A DNA stretch of 64,000 nucleotides, from NCBI RefSeq assembly GCF_009914755.1, contig NC_060939.1, one strand, 5' to 3'. How positions within the stretch are numbered: position 1 is the first letter of the stretch; each line of letters begins with the position of its first letter. The notes below the pieces were generated by a model. It was not told the origin of the DNA, did no database searches, and saw nothing but the letters and a program-made list of their open reading frames with translations. A program made the position numbers and the translations under genes. Source of the DNA: the human T2T-CHM13v2.0 reference genome, Homo sapiens. Positions 1 through 20,499 of the stretch are shown here, piece after piece.

Positions 1-146
1 GGTACAGGCCTGTAGTCCCAGCTACTCAGGTGGCTGAGGCACAATAATCTCTTGAACTTGGGAGGCAGAGGTTGCAGTGAGCCCAGATTGCCCTACTGCA
101 CTCCAGCCTGGGCAACAGAGAGAGACCCTGTCTCAAAAAAAAAAAA
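1..146 (+). mobile_element. Alu right arm (cut by the window edge)
   Basis: cctgtagtcccagctact...cactccagcctgggcaacagag...gtctc followed by an A tail. Confidence 0.9.
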
Positions 147-299
147 TAATAAAACTATCTGAGTGTAGAGTGCCCAGTTCAGGACTTGTCCCGCAGTAAA
201 TGCTCAACAAATGTCACTTTTCTTTTCTTCCCGCTCTAGATAACTTGTACATCAATAAACAAATGACAAATTGCTTCTTAGTTAACTTAGTCCAATTAA

Positions 300-604
<305 letters not shown>

Positions 605-1273
605 CAATTAACTTTCAATAAATTGACTAAGGTATTTGGTGGGATAATCCAAATTAAAGCATTGGCACATTAAGAAGACACCATTTTTTCTTTTATGCCA
701 GTTTCAACTGTGACCTGTAGATGTCTTTGCGAATCTTCCTCTGTATCCAGTTATGGCTAAAGTTACAGAAAACAGCTCAGCCATTGGTGTTAATGATTAG
801 TCATAAAAGAGTCTGTGCGTGAGAAGAGAGCTCAATTCACTCTGCCCATCCATGTAGCCATCTCCATCCCCCACCACAGGAGGAGGAAAGATTTTCCTCG
901 TTTGGGCCCTTTAGACTGCATCTACTCTTGGCCTTAGAGTGGGGATATAACCCCAGCGCAGGGGACTCTGCAGGTGGAGCATCCAAGTCTGCAGGGTCTT
1001 TCTGATACCCCTGAGGGCTCAGCCAGGATGGTAGCCCAGGGCAAACACCTGTTTGGAGCTGTCCTGTGGCGCATTTTCCATGGGAAGCTGGTTTTTTTCC
1101 AGGAGACATGATTTGACTTGCATGACTGATCTGGGTAAGAATTAGCTGAGTAAGGGAAGGTTTCTACCAAATCTTGCATTGGGACAAAATAGTGAGCATT
1201 TGTTTCAACTGACCCCAACAGCTGAAAGCAGAATAAATGGACATTGAATAGGTGAGGGAAATGAATTTAATAA

Positions 1274-1733
<460 letters not shown>

Positions 1734-2179
1734 GCAGTCCATTTCATTTTGAAGAGGACAAAATGAGGATTTGCTTTATTTTGGGGTCAGGGCTCTGTAC
1801 TTTCTTCCTAACAAATGACTGAGACAATTTGAGTGGAATATAGTCTGACATTCTACTTTTTGGATTTCCTCTGCCTCTTTTTGTCTTTTCTTCAGTCCAC
1901 TGGAGCTTAGACTGCCCAGTCTCCTTGAGCATCCCTGAGTAGATGGTGATCAGGTCTGCTTCTCTGCATGGAGTTCCCGTACATCTGTTTTGTTCTGCCC
2001 TGCTGCTGGTCTTCGGCAGACAGCAGTGATCATGCAGCAGTTTATCAAGGATGAGACTGAGACAGTGTCTGTGTGTTCTATTATCCTTGGCGGAGGACGA
2101 TCTCTTTCCCTTGGAGACACGAGTGGAGGCTATTAACCTCAGGGAGTCTGTTGGGGCAGAGACACCTGAAATCAGTCAG

Positions 2180-2413
2180 GGCTCACTGCAACCTCTGTCT
2201 CCTAGGTTCAAGCGATTCTCCTGCCTCAGCCTCCTGAGTAGCTGAGATTACAGGCGCATGCCACTTCACCTGGCTAATTTTTTTGTATTTTTTAGTGGAG
2301 ATGGGGTTTCACCATGTTGGCCAGTCTGGTCTCCAACTCCTGACCTCAAGTGATCCACCTGCCTCGGCCTCCCAAAGTGCTGGGATTACAGGCATGAGCT
2401 ACTGCGCCCAGCC
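2180..2413 (-). mobile_element. AluS lacking its 3' end and poly(A)
   Basis: Starts abruptly at ggctcactgcaacc with no T tract. Confidence 0.85.
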
Positions 2414-2839
2414 TTGTAAATTGCTTTTTTTACTAAAAAATGTATTTAAGTATTCCTCTGTTAACAGGTTGTTACCAATGTTTGGCCACTACAAATCATG
2501 CATATACATACTTGTTTCCGATATACTGCATTTATTTGTTTTCTTCTCTGCCAATGAAGAAATCACAAGGGGAAAAAATCATAAGATCGGTGAGATGATT
2601 AAATGAGATAATGCTTATAAAAGCATGTAATACAGCACCTGGTACAGAGTAAATGTTCAATCAAGCCCCTATTATTATCACTTAAATATTACCGGTTCCA
2701 TAAATTACTTTTTCTTGTCTCAGAAAGCCTTCGCCGTAGGGGCTTCTGACTAGTGGAAATAGAGCCCTATGTCCTCAAGGTCATGGGCAAGGGCAGGTCA
2801 TGGGCAAGGGCAGGGCATGTCTGTATAAAACGCCTTCCT

Positions 2840-3305
<466 letters not shown>

Positions 3306-4636
3306 TCATCTGCAAAGCGTAAGGTTCCAAATACCTAGAGAGGTGAGGCTGTGAGAGATGGGAGGATGAGAGAGGTCGTTCAAAGGCTGCGAAGGAGAAT
3401 GAGATAGAAGAAGTGGGCCTGCCACTCTTGGAACGTGAGCTTTGTTTGGAGGAACTCCTGTAGAGACTGGAGGGGGAAGTGGCAAGGTAAAGAGCTGCCT
3501 CCACTTTTATGTTTCATAATACGTTTTTTAGATGTTTCTTCCCAGCCAGAAATTGTCAATATGATTAAGAGTCAGCTGTCTGACCTCAAAAGAAGGTGGC
3601 CAGCTGCCCTTTAAATATGTCTCTGCAGTTGAGGGCATCCAATAAAAGCCAACTTGGTATGAAAAACCAATTTTTTTCTTTGCTGTTTATGTTTTTTTTT
3701 CTTAAAAAGCTTTGAACAACATAGCAAAAAATAAGAAAGGAGGGCTGTGCTCCAGATGTGCAAGCTTTCCTAGAAGAAAAAAAGATCTAAAAAGCTTCTT
3801 CACCACCTGTCCTGGTGAGGCAAGCAGAGGACTTGACTCCACATGAGAAAGCTAATCAAAGAAAAAACTCTACTTGTCAGAATTTTCTCTCTAGTTTTCA
3901 TCCTACAGAGGCACATCCTGACAAACTATAGAGTCCCTCCACTGACCAAAAGCGAAAAACAAAAAGACAAAGTAGCTTAAAATAGGGCTGAGTAGGACTG
4001 AAAGTTTAAGGAACTATTAAAAACAAAGGAAACACGCTAATTCTACCCAACAAAGAAATAGGAAACACGTCAGAAGACAGAAGGGAAAGAAAGAAAACCT
4101 GCTACCCATGTTTAATCTTTGTCTACTCCCAGAAGACTCACAAAATTTAAAACAAGTACAAATGAAAATACAGAACACACTTTAACAAAAACAGATCAGT
4201 AGGTGGTTACCACGTGCCTACTTAGAGCAGCCCCTATTTCTCAGGGCCACGAGAGTGATAGCACAGATGAATTAAGCCCACACGCCCAAAGCAAAAATTT
4301 CATTTTGGTCTTTAGTCTTATTCTCTTCTCAACTAGAGACTAACAAAAGTAAGTCAAACCACTTCGAGTTTCAGCAGTTTTCCTTCCTATTTCTGTACTA
4401 AAGAGTTATGAAAATGGCTCTTGGCAAATATGAGGAAAAGGAAAAGCAACAAGCCTTATTTGACTGCACTGAGGCTGTCTGTGCAGACTTTTCAGAGGTG
4501 GGGTTGTCAGTGCAAGAGACGAACAGCACATAGGGCTCTTAGCCTTGCCACTTTGTTTGAAAGGCTATAGAAACTGACTGGTAGGTGCCAGGCATTGTGA
4601 TAGTTATTTTATATATATATATATATTTGCATTTAA

Positions 4637-5029
<393 letters not shown>

Positions 5030-5345
5030 TCAAGTATCATGGTCAAAGTCATGTATTCTAAATGGGGGTGGGCCAATATTTGAACAAAGATCAGAGAAGA
5101 AGCAATGTATTTGCTGTGCTGTGAGCAGGCATATTTGCTCTGAAATTTGAACTGAGAGGCAGTTCTGAAATGTTCTGCAGACTGGGGCCCAGAATTGGTG
5201 CCCTGACAAACCAGAGCCACAGGCATGATGGTATAGTAGCCAAGGAATCAGCTCTCTATGGCAGGAATGAAGCACAGGCAGAGAGAAGGAGAGACCAGGA
5301 GCCACTGAGGGACAGGTGTGTGTGCAACATTTAAAGCTACAGATA

Positions 5346-5770
<425 letters not shown>

Positions 5771-6096
5771 TTAAAATGACTTTGACCTTCCCCAGACACC
5801 TTGTCCTTTCTACTACACCTCATTGCCCTTATCTAAGCATAGAAATGCAGTGATTAATTCAGGAAAAAGGTAACAAAAAGAAGGAGAATACAAAAAGAAG
5901 GAATCTGATGGCTAGAAGCGTCCTCTCAGCTCAGCTAATGACCACTTTTGTGGTTATTTTTGTTTAACATTGTCAGAGTTTGCTGAAAGAATGTGGAATC
6001 TCATTTCTTGAATATTTGCAAAGAGGACATGTAGCCACCTACCAGAATGATTCCAGTGCCAATGCTTCTGCCTGAAAATCAATGAGTGTGTCTTTC

Positions 6097-6395
6097 TGTT
6101 TTTTTTTTTTTTTCTCCAGACGGAGTCTTGTTCTGTCACCCAGGTTGGAGTGCAGTGGCATGATCTCGACTCACTGCAACCTCTGCCCCCGGGTTCAAGC
6201 GATTCTCCTGCCTCAGCCTCCCGAGTAGCTGAGACTACAGGCACATGTCACCACGCCTGGCTAATTTTTGTATTCTTAGTAGAGACGGGGTTTCACCATG
6301 TTGGCCAGGCTGGCCTCGAACTCTTGACCTCATGATCTGCCCACCTTGGCCTCCCAAAGCGCTGCGATTACAGGCATGAGCCACCGCACCCGGCC
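6097..6395 (-). mobile_element. AluS
   Basis: TSD GAGTGTGTCTTTC at 6084-6096 and 6396-6408. Confidence 0.9.
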
Positions 6396-6431
6396 GAGTG
6401 TGTCTTTCAAGTCCCAGTCCAAGGATGTTAC

Positions 6432-7145
6432 TGAAACCGCCTTTGCAAAAATTATAAATGAGAAAATTATGACTGATCTAACTGACTCCATCTTGCTTCT
6501 AACCTCCAAGCTGTCTTTGTTCATTCCTGGGCGTGGGCCCAACTAACTTTGGAAGAAATTTAGTTTACAGTTTAGCTTTCAAACAAAGACAATAACAGCC
6601 CTTTCGCAAAACAAACCCCCTTCCTGCCTGGGGACGAGACTGCTTTTTTAGAACTAGCAAATTAGCTACAGGATTAGAAATTATGGTTTAGGAGTCACGC
6701 AGCTGGAGATTCTGAACCTCCTCAAATTGTTCCTGGGGATAACATCACTATTGTAAAACCTAAGATCAGTGCTTAACATACTTTGCAGACCCTACACTTG
6801 ACGGATCAGCTGGCACCACCCAGACGGATAAACTGGCTCATCCTGTCTTGTGGCCCCCACCCAGGAACTGACTCAGCGCAGGAGGACAGTTTCAACTCGC
6901 TGTGATTTCATCTCTGACCTGACCAATCAGCAGCTCCCCACTCTCCAACCCCCTACCCACCAAATTATCCTTAAAAACCCTGATTCCCGAGTTTTCAGGG
7001 AGACTGATTTGAGTACTAATAAAATTCCAGTCTCCCATACAGCCGGCTCTGCGTGAATTAAACTCTTTCTTTATTGCAATTCCCCTGTCTTGATAAATTG
7101 GCTCTGTCTCAGCAGCGGGCAAGGTGAACCTGTTGGGCAGTTACC
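6432..7145 (+). mobile_element. Solo ERV1 LTR, LTR8-like
   Basis: Begins TGAAACCGCCTTTGCAAAAATTATAA, contains actccatcttgcttctaacc and an ATTAAA PAS, and ends ggtgaacctgttgggcagttac. Subfamily assigned from recall. Confidence 0.8.
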
Positions 7146-8266
7146 TTATTTGTTAAATGCCATACGAAGTTCCTTGCAGTATGTGCATATTCGGCCTCCT
7201 GGCTCTGATAAAAGGAGACATATACATGGGTTATTCTAAAAGATACTAATTCCACACATCACCAGAAGAAAATTATTTTGATGGCGAAACTTTTCTACTT
7301 ACCTATAACCTTCTAAGGAGGATGTGCCTTAATGAGAAACCTTGTTTTGCTGAGTGAGGTAAAGGGAAGGAGGATATAATTTTGGAGCAAGGAGAGAACT
7401 AAATTGTTTTGCATTAGAAAAGAGATATGGGGGAGGAGAAAGGCTAGAGGGGTTTTCAACCTTAATTTCCCATTAGAATCTCCTGGGGAGTTTTTAAAAC
7501 TAGGAAACCTGAGTTTCACTTTCAGCAATTCAGATTCTATTAGTCTGGATGGGCCCCACCTGGGTATTTTTGAGAACCAGTGGTAAGCAGAGAGGAGGAC
7601 TTGGTGGTTGGTGTTTTCTAGTGAAACTGCTGTGCCATATAACATCTGTCTTTCTAGAATATGCCTCAGAAATCTAGACTAATCATTAACACTTTGGAAA
7701 TTTGATTTCTTTCTTTCTTTTTTTTTTTTTTTTTAAATGGAGTGAAGTATCATGTTTGGCCTCAAAGTGGCTGTGGAGGGCAGAGTGTGCTCATGGTCTT
7801 GGTGGTACTGGGGCAAAACATATTTTACAGCTGCAAAGAAGCAAAGGGCAGAGAAGTTTCAGAAGCTCACAAGTGAATGTATTAGCAGTCTTGTATGTTT
7901 TATTGCTTCTATCAAATAAAAAAATCTTTTGAGGTACAGAAGGTTTTTTCTTGGTGGCATACAAGTATAGCACTCACATTCTAAACAAGGCATTCTAAAT
8001 AAAATGAAATAAAATAAAACACAGCAAAGCCAACATCAACAGAAGATTACCCTTTCTCTTTGACTCATACTTTGTCTTAGACATTATATGATTCAAGGGA
8101 TGAATGCGTGGTTTGTAAATTTCCCAGACCTTTGTTTCTCTGGACTTGAGATATGTCACTGCCCTTCTGCAGAAAGTGGAGATGTAGTGACAAGCAATGG
8201 AAGAAAAAAGGATTCCTAGACTAGTATAAGACAGCCCTCCTCTACTCCCATTGGTCTTACAGGTGA

Positions 8267-8890
<624 letters not shown>

Positions 8891-9110
8891 ATCTTTCAGC
8901 TTTTAAAGATAAAGAGGCCAGGCCATGAAGGGTAAGTCAGTTCATTCTGCCATCCACCTGGAATGCTGACAAAGTATTGTTAGTAGGGCAAGTTGAAAAC
9001 TTTAAATACAGTGGTGATTGATCTCAATCAATTTTTGGTGTTTTGTTAGATGCTTGATAAATATACTAATGGAGGATAATGGCACATCCATTCATTAAAA
9101 ATATTATTTA

Positions 9111-9275
9111 GGCCGGGCGCGGTGGCTCATGCCTGTAATCCCAGCTACTCAGGAGGCTGAGGCAGGAGAATTGCTGAACCTGGGAGGCAGAGGTTGCAGT
9201 GAGCCAAGATCGCCGCACTGCACTCCAGCCTGGGCGACAGAGCGAGACTCTGTCTCAAAAAATAAAATTAAGTTA
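9111..9275 (+). mobile_element. Monomeric Alu (left-arm start fused to right arm)
   Basis: ggccgggcgcggtggctcatgcctgtaatcccagctactcaggaggctgaggcaggagaat... followed by an A tail. Confidence 0.8.
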
Positions 9276-10786
9276 AATTAAATATATATATATAATTTAT
9301 ACAATACTTTTTCTATGCCAGGCACTGAATTAACCACTGAAGAGAAAATAGTTCTCACCCTTCTGGTCTATTTGATTGTTCCCAGGCTTCATTCCTTAAG
9401 AAAATACTCAGTTGCATTTTTCAGAACAAACCATTTACGACTGAGTTTGGTCTGTTACTTAAGAACTGATATAGAGATGCTGATCTAGAGGAATAGTTGC
9501 GTTCAAGACCCTTCCCCCTCCCTGCCGCCCTCTTCTCTCCCCTCATTTGTCCAGGAATATATCACTTCACTGAGTATCCAAAATAAAGCTAAGGTTTTCC
9601 TGTTTGAAGTACTGAATCTAGGGTTCATAATAGAATTTTTTATCTTGAAGAAGAGTTTAAGTCATAATCAGTTCTCTTAACAGTCAAAACAAAATTAAAA
9701 TCACCCCATAGGGTTACCAAAGTTCATACTAATAATATTATAGAATGTAAAATTTGTATTAGTCACATTACTGCTCTTACTTATGGCTTATTATGATATA
9801 TGTAAATTAAAAAAAAAAGAAAAACAGATTCTACCACTTAAAGCAAAGGAATAGTAACAAATCAAACCAAGGCATATCCAGAAAATCCAACGTACGAATT
9901 CCTAGGCTCCACAACTAATGCTGAGCCAAAGAGGCCAACGACATAACTCAACATGCTGCAGAGGTAGTCATGTTGATCTCTGGGAAGGGTCCATGGGTGT
10001 GTGTGCCAGGAGGGGAGGACCTGAGGTTACAGAGAACAGCAATTATGGTCCTCTATTGAAGCAAACAGAATCCAGGTCCGCTTTTCCAACGTCAACCTAT
10101 CAACTTAAGGCGGATTTGTCTCCTGTCCTTTTTTCAAGAACATTGCCTAAGATGGTGGCTTGTTTATTTATGTCTTAGATTTATGGATTGACTTTCCTCC
10201 AGAAGGCCTCTCTGCTAAAATGTAAACATGTTTTAGATGTCTTCTTCCTGTCGTTGTCACCCAGCTCAAAAGAGAGAGTAAGAGAGCCGTGTGCTCCTGC
10301 TGTGCAATAATAATTGAGTGTTTGCAAACAACCCCATTTGACACATGCATTTATTCTTACATATTAGAACATCTTTTTTTTTTTTTTTGGAGAGGAAAGA
10401 TTGACAACAATTTTCAGTTAGACATAATGTGGTCTTATTCCGTATTGTCTTTTTCGGTTTGCTCCCTACTCAGCCTGGGGGTAGATTATTTTCCTTTCCC
10501 ATCACCTGTGTTTCTTCCTGAGCCTTTCCAGCTTTTCATCTGGGCTGCTTTTCATTTCTTTAAACAACTCGCAAATTCAGCCTTCTCTGGTCACAATTTT
10601 GAAGTCACAATCTAAATGTTTTTTTCAGCTCAGTAAGCTTTCTTCACTTAAATAATAAAATAAAATAAAAGAGGATTAACAGGCACTGGGAAGACAGTGC
10701 TGTATCTTGGCAAGAAAGATCAGGCTTTTCTCAACAGTATCATGAAATTCGGAAAGGAAAAGACACTACAGAACTGGCCAATTTTT

Positions 10787-11139
<353 letters not shown>

Positions 11140-11762
11140 CTAATTATGTGTGTGTATCTATGCATGGTTGCAAGTCCAGAGACAGCCAGTGGTAAGGGGC
11201 CCTATATGGCAGTGACAGGATTTTTTCCTACCCTGTGGAAATTGCAGCAAGTAGGACTCTTCCTCTATGACAATTTCCTACTCCTCTTTACAGAGGTCAG
11301 ACTTAGACTTCTAGAATATTCTGTTGTTGGGTCACCCAGCCACAGATGAAACAGTATGGTTAAGTGTGCTCATGACTGGGAGAGAATCGGTCACTACACT
11401 ACCTTATGATGAACTCCTGTTCATTACTAGTTCAGCGTGAGATTCTAGGGTGATGGGAAACTCCAGCATGGAGCCACCTGCCTTGTGAAAATGTCACATA
11501 TTACTGAGCCTAGATTGGAATTCTGGGCCATCCAGGCTCTGCAAGCCTTTTGGCACAGAGCCTTTTATGGCTCTCCCGGCAGGAGATACATTCAGGCTGA
11601 ATCTGAAAGTGGGCAAAATTGGCAGAAGATAGAACAAATAGAGTCGGTAGAAGCTGATTTTTAATGAAAGGGTTATTGGGTCTCTGGAGTGTATTTTCTC
11701 TTCATATCCCTAGGACCTAGCATAGTGCCTGCATGTAATAGATACTTAAGAACTGTTGTCTG

Positions 11763-12122
<360 letters not shown>

Positions 12123-13394
12123 TTAAGACAGGTGGCTTGAATGCCTCATTGTACAAAGATGGTCTTTAGAGAATCCTAAGCCTCACTTATCCATCCATCC
12201 ATTTAAGAAATATTACTGAGCATCTCCTATGTGTTCCTTAGCACTTTCTCTGACATTATCTGCTTCATTTAGACTTCTTACCCCCACCCAGCTGGGTCCT
12301 AGAATGTAAGCTCCTTGAGGGTAGTGAGCTTCCTGTCCTTATTGCTATGTCTTTAGCACTTAGACCAGAGCTTTAGGAACGGGGAGAAGTCCTCAAAATG
12401 CGATAGATTGAATTTTCTGCCAGCTAGTATTGTCTGACTTGCCAATGGCTCCAAATTGTTCCCTGTATTAAAACCCACTGGTGGCTGGGGGAGGTGGCTC
12501 TTGTGTTGGGCTTGAGATCTTCACCTGTCAAGGACCACTTGCTCATCTACTGATCAGCCTCTGCTGTTATTCCAGACCATGTCCCATGGCCACCTTGCAT
12601 CTTTCCCCATCTCATTTGATGAGAGCTGATATACAAACTCCGGAGTTTTTCCATATTTTCTAAAAGTTCAGTTTTTTAAGTGTAGTGTTTGGTATTCCTT
12701 TGTTTTGGCCATTTCTGTTCTCATTGTATTTCATACAATTCAAAAAATGCTGGAGGTTAAAAGTGCAACTTTCCTCCAGTAGGAAAATGTTTAATGCCTT
12801 TGGCAAAACTGTTTTTTCTCTGTGCTGCTGAGATAGGATGGGTCTCATAAATCTCCCAGAGTTCAGGCTAGAGAAGAGTAACTCCTAGACTACAGACTGC
12901 CTGCAAGAATTGCCCCAGCTTCCTGGAGCGTCCTTTATTCTGCGTTTGCTTCTTGAGTCCCTATTCTGAAATCTACTTTCTGTTACAGACGGGAAGAAGC
13001 CAAGAGGAAGAAAGATATTTGCATAGAACTCCACAGTTTACAAAGCCTTTTCACATGTTATCTTTTAAAAATCCTTGCCATTAAACTGTGAAATGTGTGC
13101 TATCTCCGTTTAGAGATGAGGAAATAGAGGCTTAGAGAGGTTAAATAACACGCTAACAAGGAATGAAAGTGTCATTTCAACCCAAATCTCCCAAATATGA
13201 ACCTTACATGTTTTTCTACTCCCAAACGATGTCACAAATGAGCCTCTTAAGTTTGCTAGATTTTTGTTTCCTGGTTACTTCTCTGTGGATGTTACGGTTC
13301 CCCAAACTTGCCCTCTCCTCTATGTGTTTACTGTCACTTATATTCATCCCTATTCACATCTCAGCTCACACAAGATAGTGGAAGACAGTGGTAA

Positions 13395-13817
<423 letters not shown>

Positions 13818-15267
13818 TAATTACAATGCTTATTTTCAAGGGCTGGCAAAGAAAGAATACAAGTATCTAATTGCTTAAAGAGTATTCCATTTGCTGTGAT
13901 TCCCTCCCGATTTTGCACATCACCCATTTCCCCTGTTTCTCAAAAATCGCCTTTTGATCATCGTGGGAATTCCAACCAACCACCCCTACCAGAGAGAGGA
14001 AAATGAAAGGAGAAAAAAGAGAGGAGAAAAAAGGGAAAATCATGGAGCAAATGGGTAGAAGTGTCAGATGTAGAGAAAACGTTAAGACAGCCAGCTGAAT
14101 TGAAAGAAGAAGGAATATTAAAATAAATGTACAAATGTTGTTCTGTGGAAGGTTGAGGAGAAGAGAGGAGAGAAATAGCTAAAAATGGCACTGCCTGTCC
14201 TGGCAGACATGTCCTGGCTCAGAAGGATCTGCTGTGAATCCAGGAACTAGCAGAGGAGCGTGGAACCCAACTCAGCAACTCTGCGGGAGCAGAGGAAATG
14301 ATGAGAAGAGCTGGCTTGGGCAGGAAGGAGGAAGGATGACAGGAATTGTCTCTGTAGAAATCCAAGTGGCAGTTGGGATGTATTTGCGTTTTAAGAAATT
14401 ATTTTTTTTTTAAAAAAAAGGACAACAAGCTTTTTATACACTCTTTTGCTTAGCAACAAGAGCCACCAAAGGCATGTGTTCAGTCAAAATGTCAGTTGCT
14501 CAGCTCATTAAAATATTAAGTGAAACACTGACGACAATTACACAGCATTGAGCCTTTTTGTCTGCCAAAGCGTGCCTTCCAATGCACAACAAAGTGGGTC
14601 AAAAGTTTGTTTTGTTATTTTATCATTTCTTTTTATCTTAGATTTTTGATGGAGTTTCTTTTCAGTAGGTGAAATGGTTGCCAAGTTTGGCAGGGATAAT
14701 TTGAGGACAGGGGCACTTCAATAACTCAGACATCTATTTCTGGATGGCCAAGGAAAAGAAAGACTCCCCTGAATTTCTTTCTGTCATAGAAATTCACTCA
14801 CTCAACAAATATTTTCTAAGCTTCTGCTGTGTGCTAGACCTTGTGCTAGATGTTGGGAATAAAGTTGTGAGCAAGACAAATACATACCATGTTCTCATGA
14901 TGAGATTCTTGGGTCCTACTCAAATTTGTTTACCTAGACAACAACTCATGTTCAAAATCTCTCTTCCAATCACGTAAAATGTACACCTCCTAAGATTTCC
15001 CTTGCCAGGCTCTGCTATGAGAAATGAACATTGATTACCAGGGGATGTGGATAGATTATGAGGTGTCCATAGCAAAGAACAGCTATGAAAGTAATCTCCC
15101 TATGGGCCCTTGTACCTGGAATATATAAAAGCATACACTTTGAAATATAAAGCCTTAACCCACAGGACTAAATTCCTGCTCGGGGGATTTCAAGCATACA
15201 CACACACATTTATTTACGTGGCTCTCCCAGTGGCATACCTGTATTTTGATGGTTATAATGTAAGTAG

Positions 15268-15964
<697 letters not shown>

Positions 15965-16274
15965 TTAAATCGTATAAGGTTTGAAGACCTGTAATAGATC
16001 TGAGATTTTGCTCTATTTCCAAGCTTCTGGATGCTGGCAGAAGACAGTAGACTTCTGGGTCAGAGGCAAAGGACATTATTACTCATGGCTCAGCCAGCAG
16101 CATGAGCATGAGTACATTTGTACAGCTCCCCTGGCCTGAAGTTTCAAGGGGTGCCAGCAAATGGTGGATTGTGCTCTAGGAGAAGAACTCTAAGCTTAAA
16201 AAACCTGAATCTTTTATAATGGGCAGTAAGCAGACTGCCCTTTGCTCTGGAGGGAGACATTATTTCTATATTTC

Positions 16275-16550
16275 TTTTTTTTTTTTTTTTTGAGACGGAG
16301 TGTCGCTCTGTTGCCCAGGCTGGAGTGCAGGGGTGCGATCTCGGCTTACTCCAAGCTCCGCCCCCTGGGTTCAAGCGAGTCTCAGGCCTCAGCCTCCCGG
16401 GTAGCTGGGATTACAGGCGCACGGCACCATGCCTGGCTAATTTACAGGGTTTCGCCTTGTTGGCCAGACTGGTCTCAAACTCCTGACCTCAGGTCATCCG
16501 CCGGCCTCGGCCTCCCAAAGTGCGGGGATTACAGGCGTGAGCCACTTCAC
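16275..16550 (-). mobile_element. AluS with linker deletion
   Basis: Alu consensus, but ggctaatttacagggtttc lacks the tgtatttttagtagag linker. Confidence 0.85.
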
Positions 16551-16814
16551 CTACCTACAGCTTTCATTTTCAAAACTTCCTTCAATTATGCAATCTGCAG
16601 TTACTCAACTTTTTGGTAAACCATACAAGAAGTGCAAAAATGATATATTCATTTCCCTGAGGAAAATTTTGACAATAATTACACATTTGTTTAACCAAGT
16701 CAAAGACACTGAGTTGAAAAACTGCCGATTTTGTTATTTTTTACTAGAACTATAACATAGGCTTAGTATATACCGTCACAATTCTACTTTAAATAAGTAG
16801 AATTTACATGTTAG

Positions 16815-17188
<374 letters not shown>

Positions 17189-17194
17189 TTTATT

Positions 17195-17880
17195 ACAATT
17201 TTTATTGAGATAATTTTGATATGCAGTTGTAAGAAACAATACAAAAAGGTCCCTTGTACACTTTGCCCAGTATCCTCCAATGCTACCATTTTGCTAAACT
17301 ATGGTATATTGCAACTAAGATATTGACATCAATACAATCCACTGACATTATTTGTATTTCAACAATTTTACTTTTATTCGTTTGTGTGTGTATTAAGCTC
17401 TACACAATTTTATCACCCATGTAGATTCGTGTATCAACCAATACGATCAAGATATTGAACAGTTCTTGCCCTTTTATAACCACACCTACTTTCCTCCGGA
17501 TCCCCCATCCCAATACGACCCGTGGCAACCACTAATCTGCTGTGTATCTCTGTAAGTTTGTCATTTTATGTAAATGGAATCTATAGCCTGTAATCTTTTG
17601 GAATGGGCTTTCTTTTTCACCCAGCAAAATTCCCTGGACATACATCCAACTTGTGTGTATCAATTGTTTCCTCCTTTTGATTACAGAGTAGTATTTCATG
17701 GTATGTATGCGCCACAGTTTATTTAACCATTCACCTGTTGAAGGACATTGATGCTGATTACTTTTTTTGCTGTTACAAATACAGCCACTAGGAGCATTCA
17801 TGTTTTTGTGTGACTGTGTTTTCTTTTCTCTGGCATAAATGTCCAGGAGTGCAATTGCTGGGTTAGATTTTAGTTGCATA
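17195..17880 (-). mobile_element. Old L1M 3' fragment
   Basis: Typical L1M 3' sequence (caaccactaatctg..., gtagtatttcatggtatgtatg..., tttatttaaccattcacctgttgaaggacatt). Confidence 0.7.
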
Positions 17881-17974
17881 TTTTCATTAGTGTTTACATG
17901 TACTGTAAGTGTGGGAGTATGTGTGAGAAATATCATAAAATTTTATCCCATGTGTAGATTAAAAACTTTTTAAA

Positions 17975-19610
<1,636 letters not shown>

Positions 19611-20184
19611 GATACAGACGTGTATATGGCAAATCTAAATAGCTTAATCCGATCAGTTGTTATACTAAGATACTTTATGCTTTGTTCTCCAACTCCAAAT
19701 TGGCTCCTTAACCAAGCGGAAATGCTATGAAAGGTAGAATATAAGAAGACTAAGAGCAGTGAACGCCCCGGACCTGATTTGCCAATAGTGAGCTGTGTAA
19801 GCTTAAGCCAGATGCTTACTTTTAGCTTCAGTTTCTTGGTCTCTTAATAGGGCTGAAAACATGATATATATATTTTTTCTACTAGTGCTAATTGGAATAT
19901 GATTCTGATCTAGTGAATTCTATTGAGAAGCCAGTACTTAGAGCCAAGTTGTACACTCTTTATGTTTGTATTTACTTTAGTCAGACAGACCTGGGTTTGC
20001 ATCCTAACTCTGCTGGTTGTGTGACTTTAGGGGAAGCTGCTTAACCTCTTTGAGGTTCTGTAAAATTAATATGACAACACTCTCTTTTCCATAAATATTT
20101 CTACACACTCAAGTCTCTTGAATTAAAAAAACAAAGAACAAAAAACCCTATTTTGACCTCACGTTTCTGTTCTTTTATCAACAC

Positions 20185-20493
20185 CTCTCTCTTTTTTTTT
20201 TTTGAGACAGTCTCGCTCTTTCGCCCAGGCTGGAGTGAAGTGGCGTGATCTTGGCTCACTGCAACCTCCCCGCTCACCCCGCCCCAGGGTTCAAGCAATC
20301 CTCCTGCTTCAGCCTCCCAAGTAGCTGGGATTATAGGCACCTGCCATCACATCCAGCTAATTTGTGTATTTTTAGTAGAGACGGGGTTTCGCCATGTTGG
20401 CCAGGCTGGTCTCAAACTCCTGACCTCAGGTGATGCACCCACCTCAGCCTCCCAAAGTACTGGGATTATAAGCGTGAGCCACTGTACCCAGCC
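20185..20493 (-). mobile_element. AluS
   Basis: Full dimer with T tract. Confidence 0.88.
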
Positions 20494-20499
20494 AACCAT

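Noticed and set aside
2778-2814. 17-bp tandem duplication aggtcatgggcaagggc with AGGTCA half-sites
   Set aside because: Real but tiny; the spacing does not match common nuclear-receptor direct repeats.
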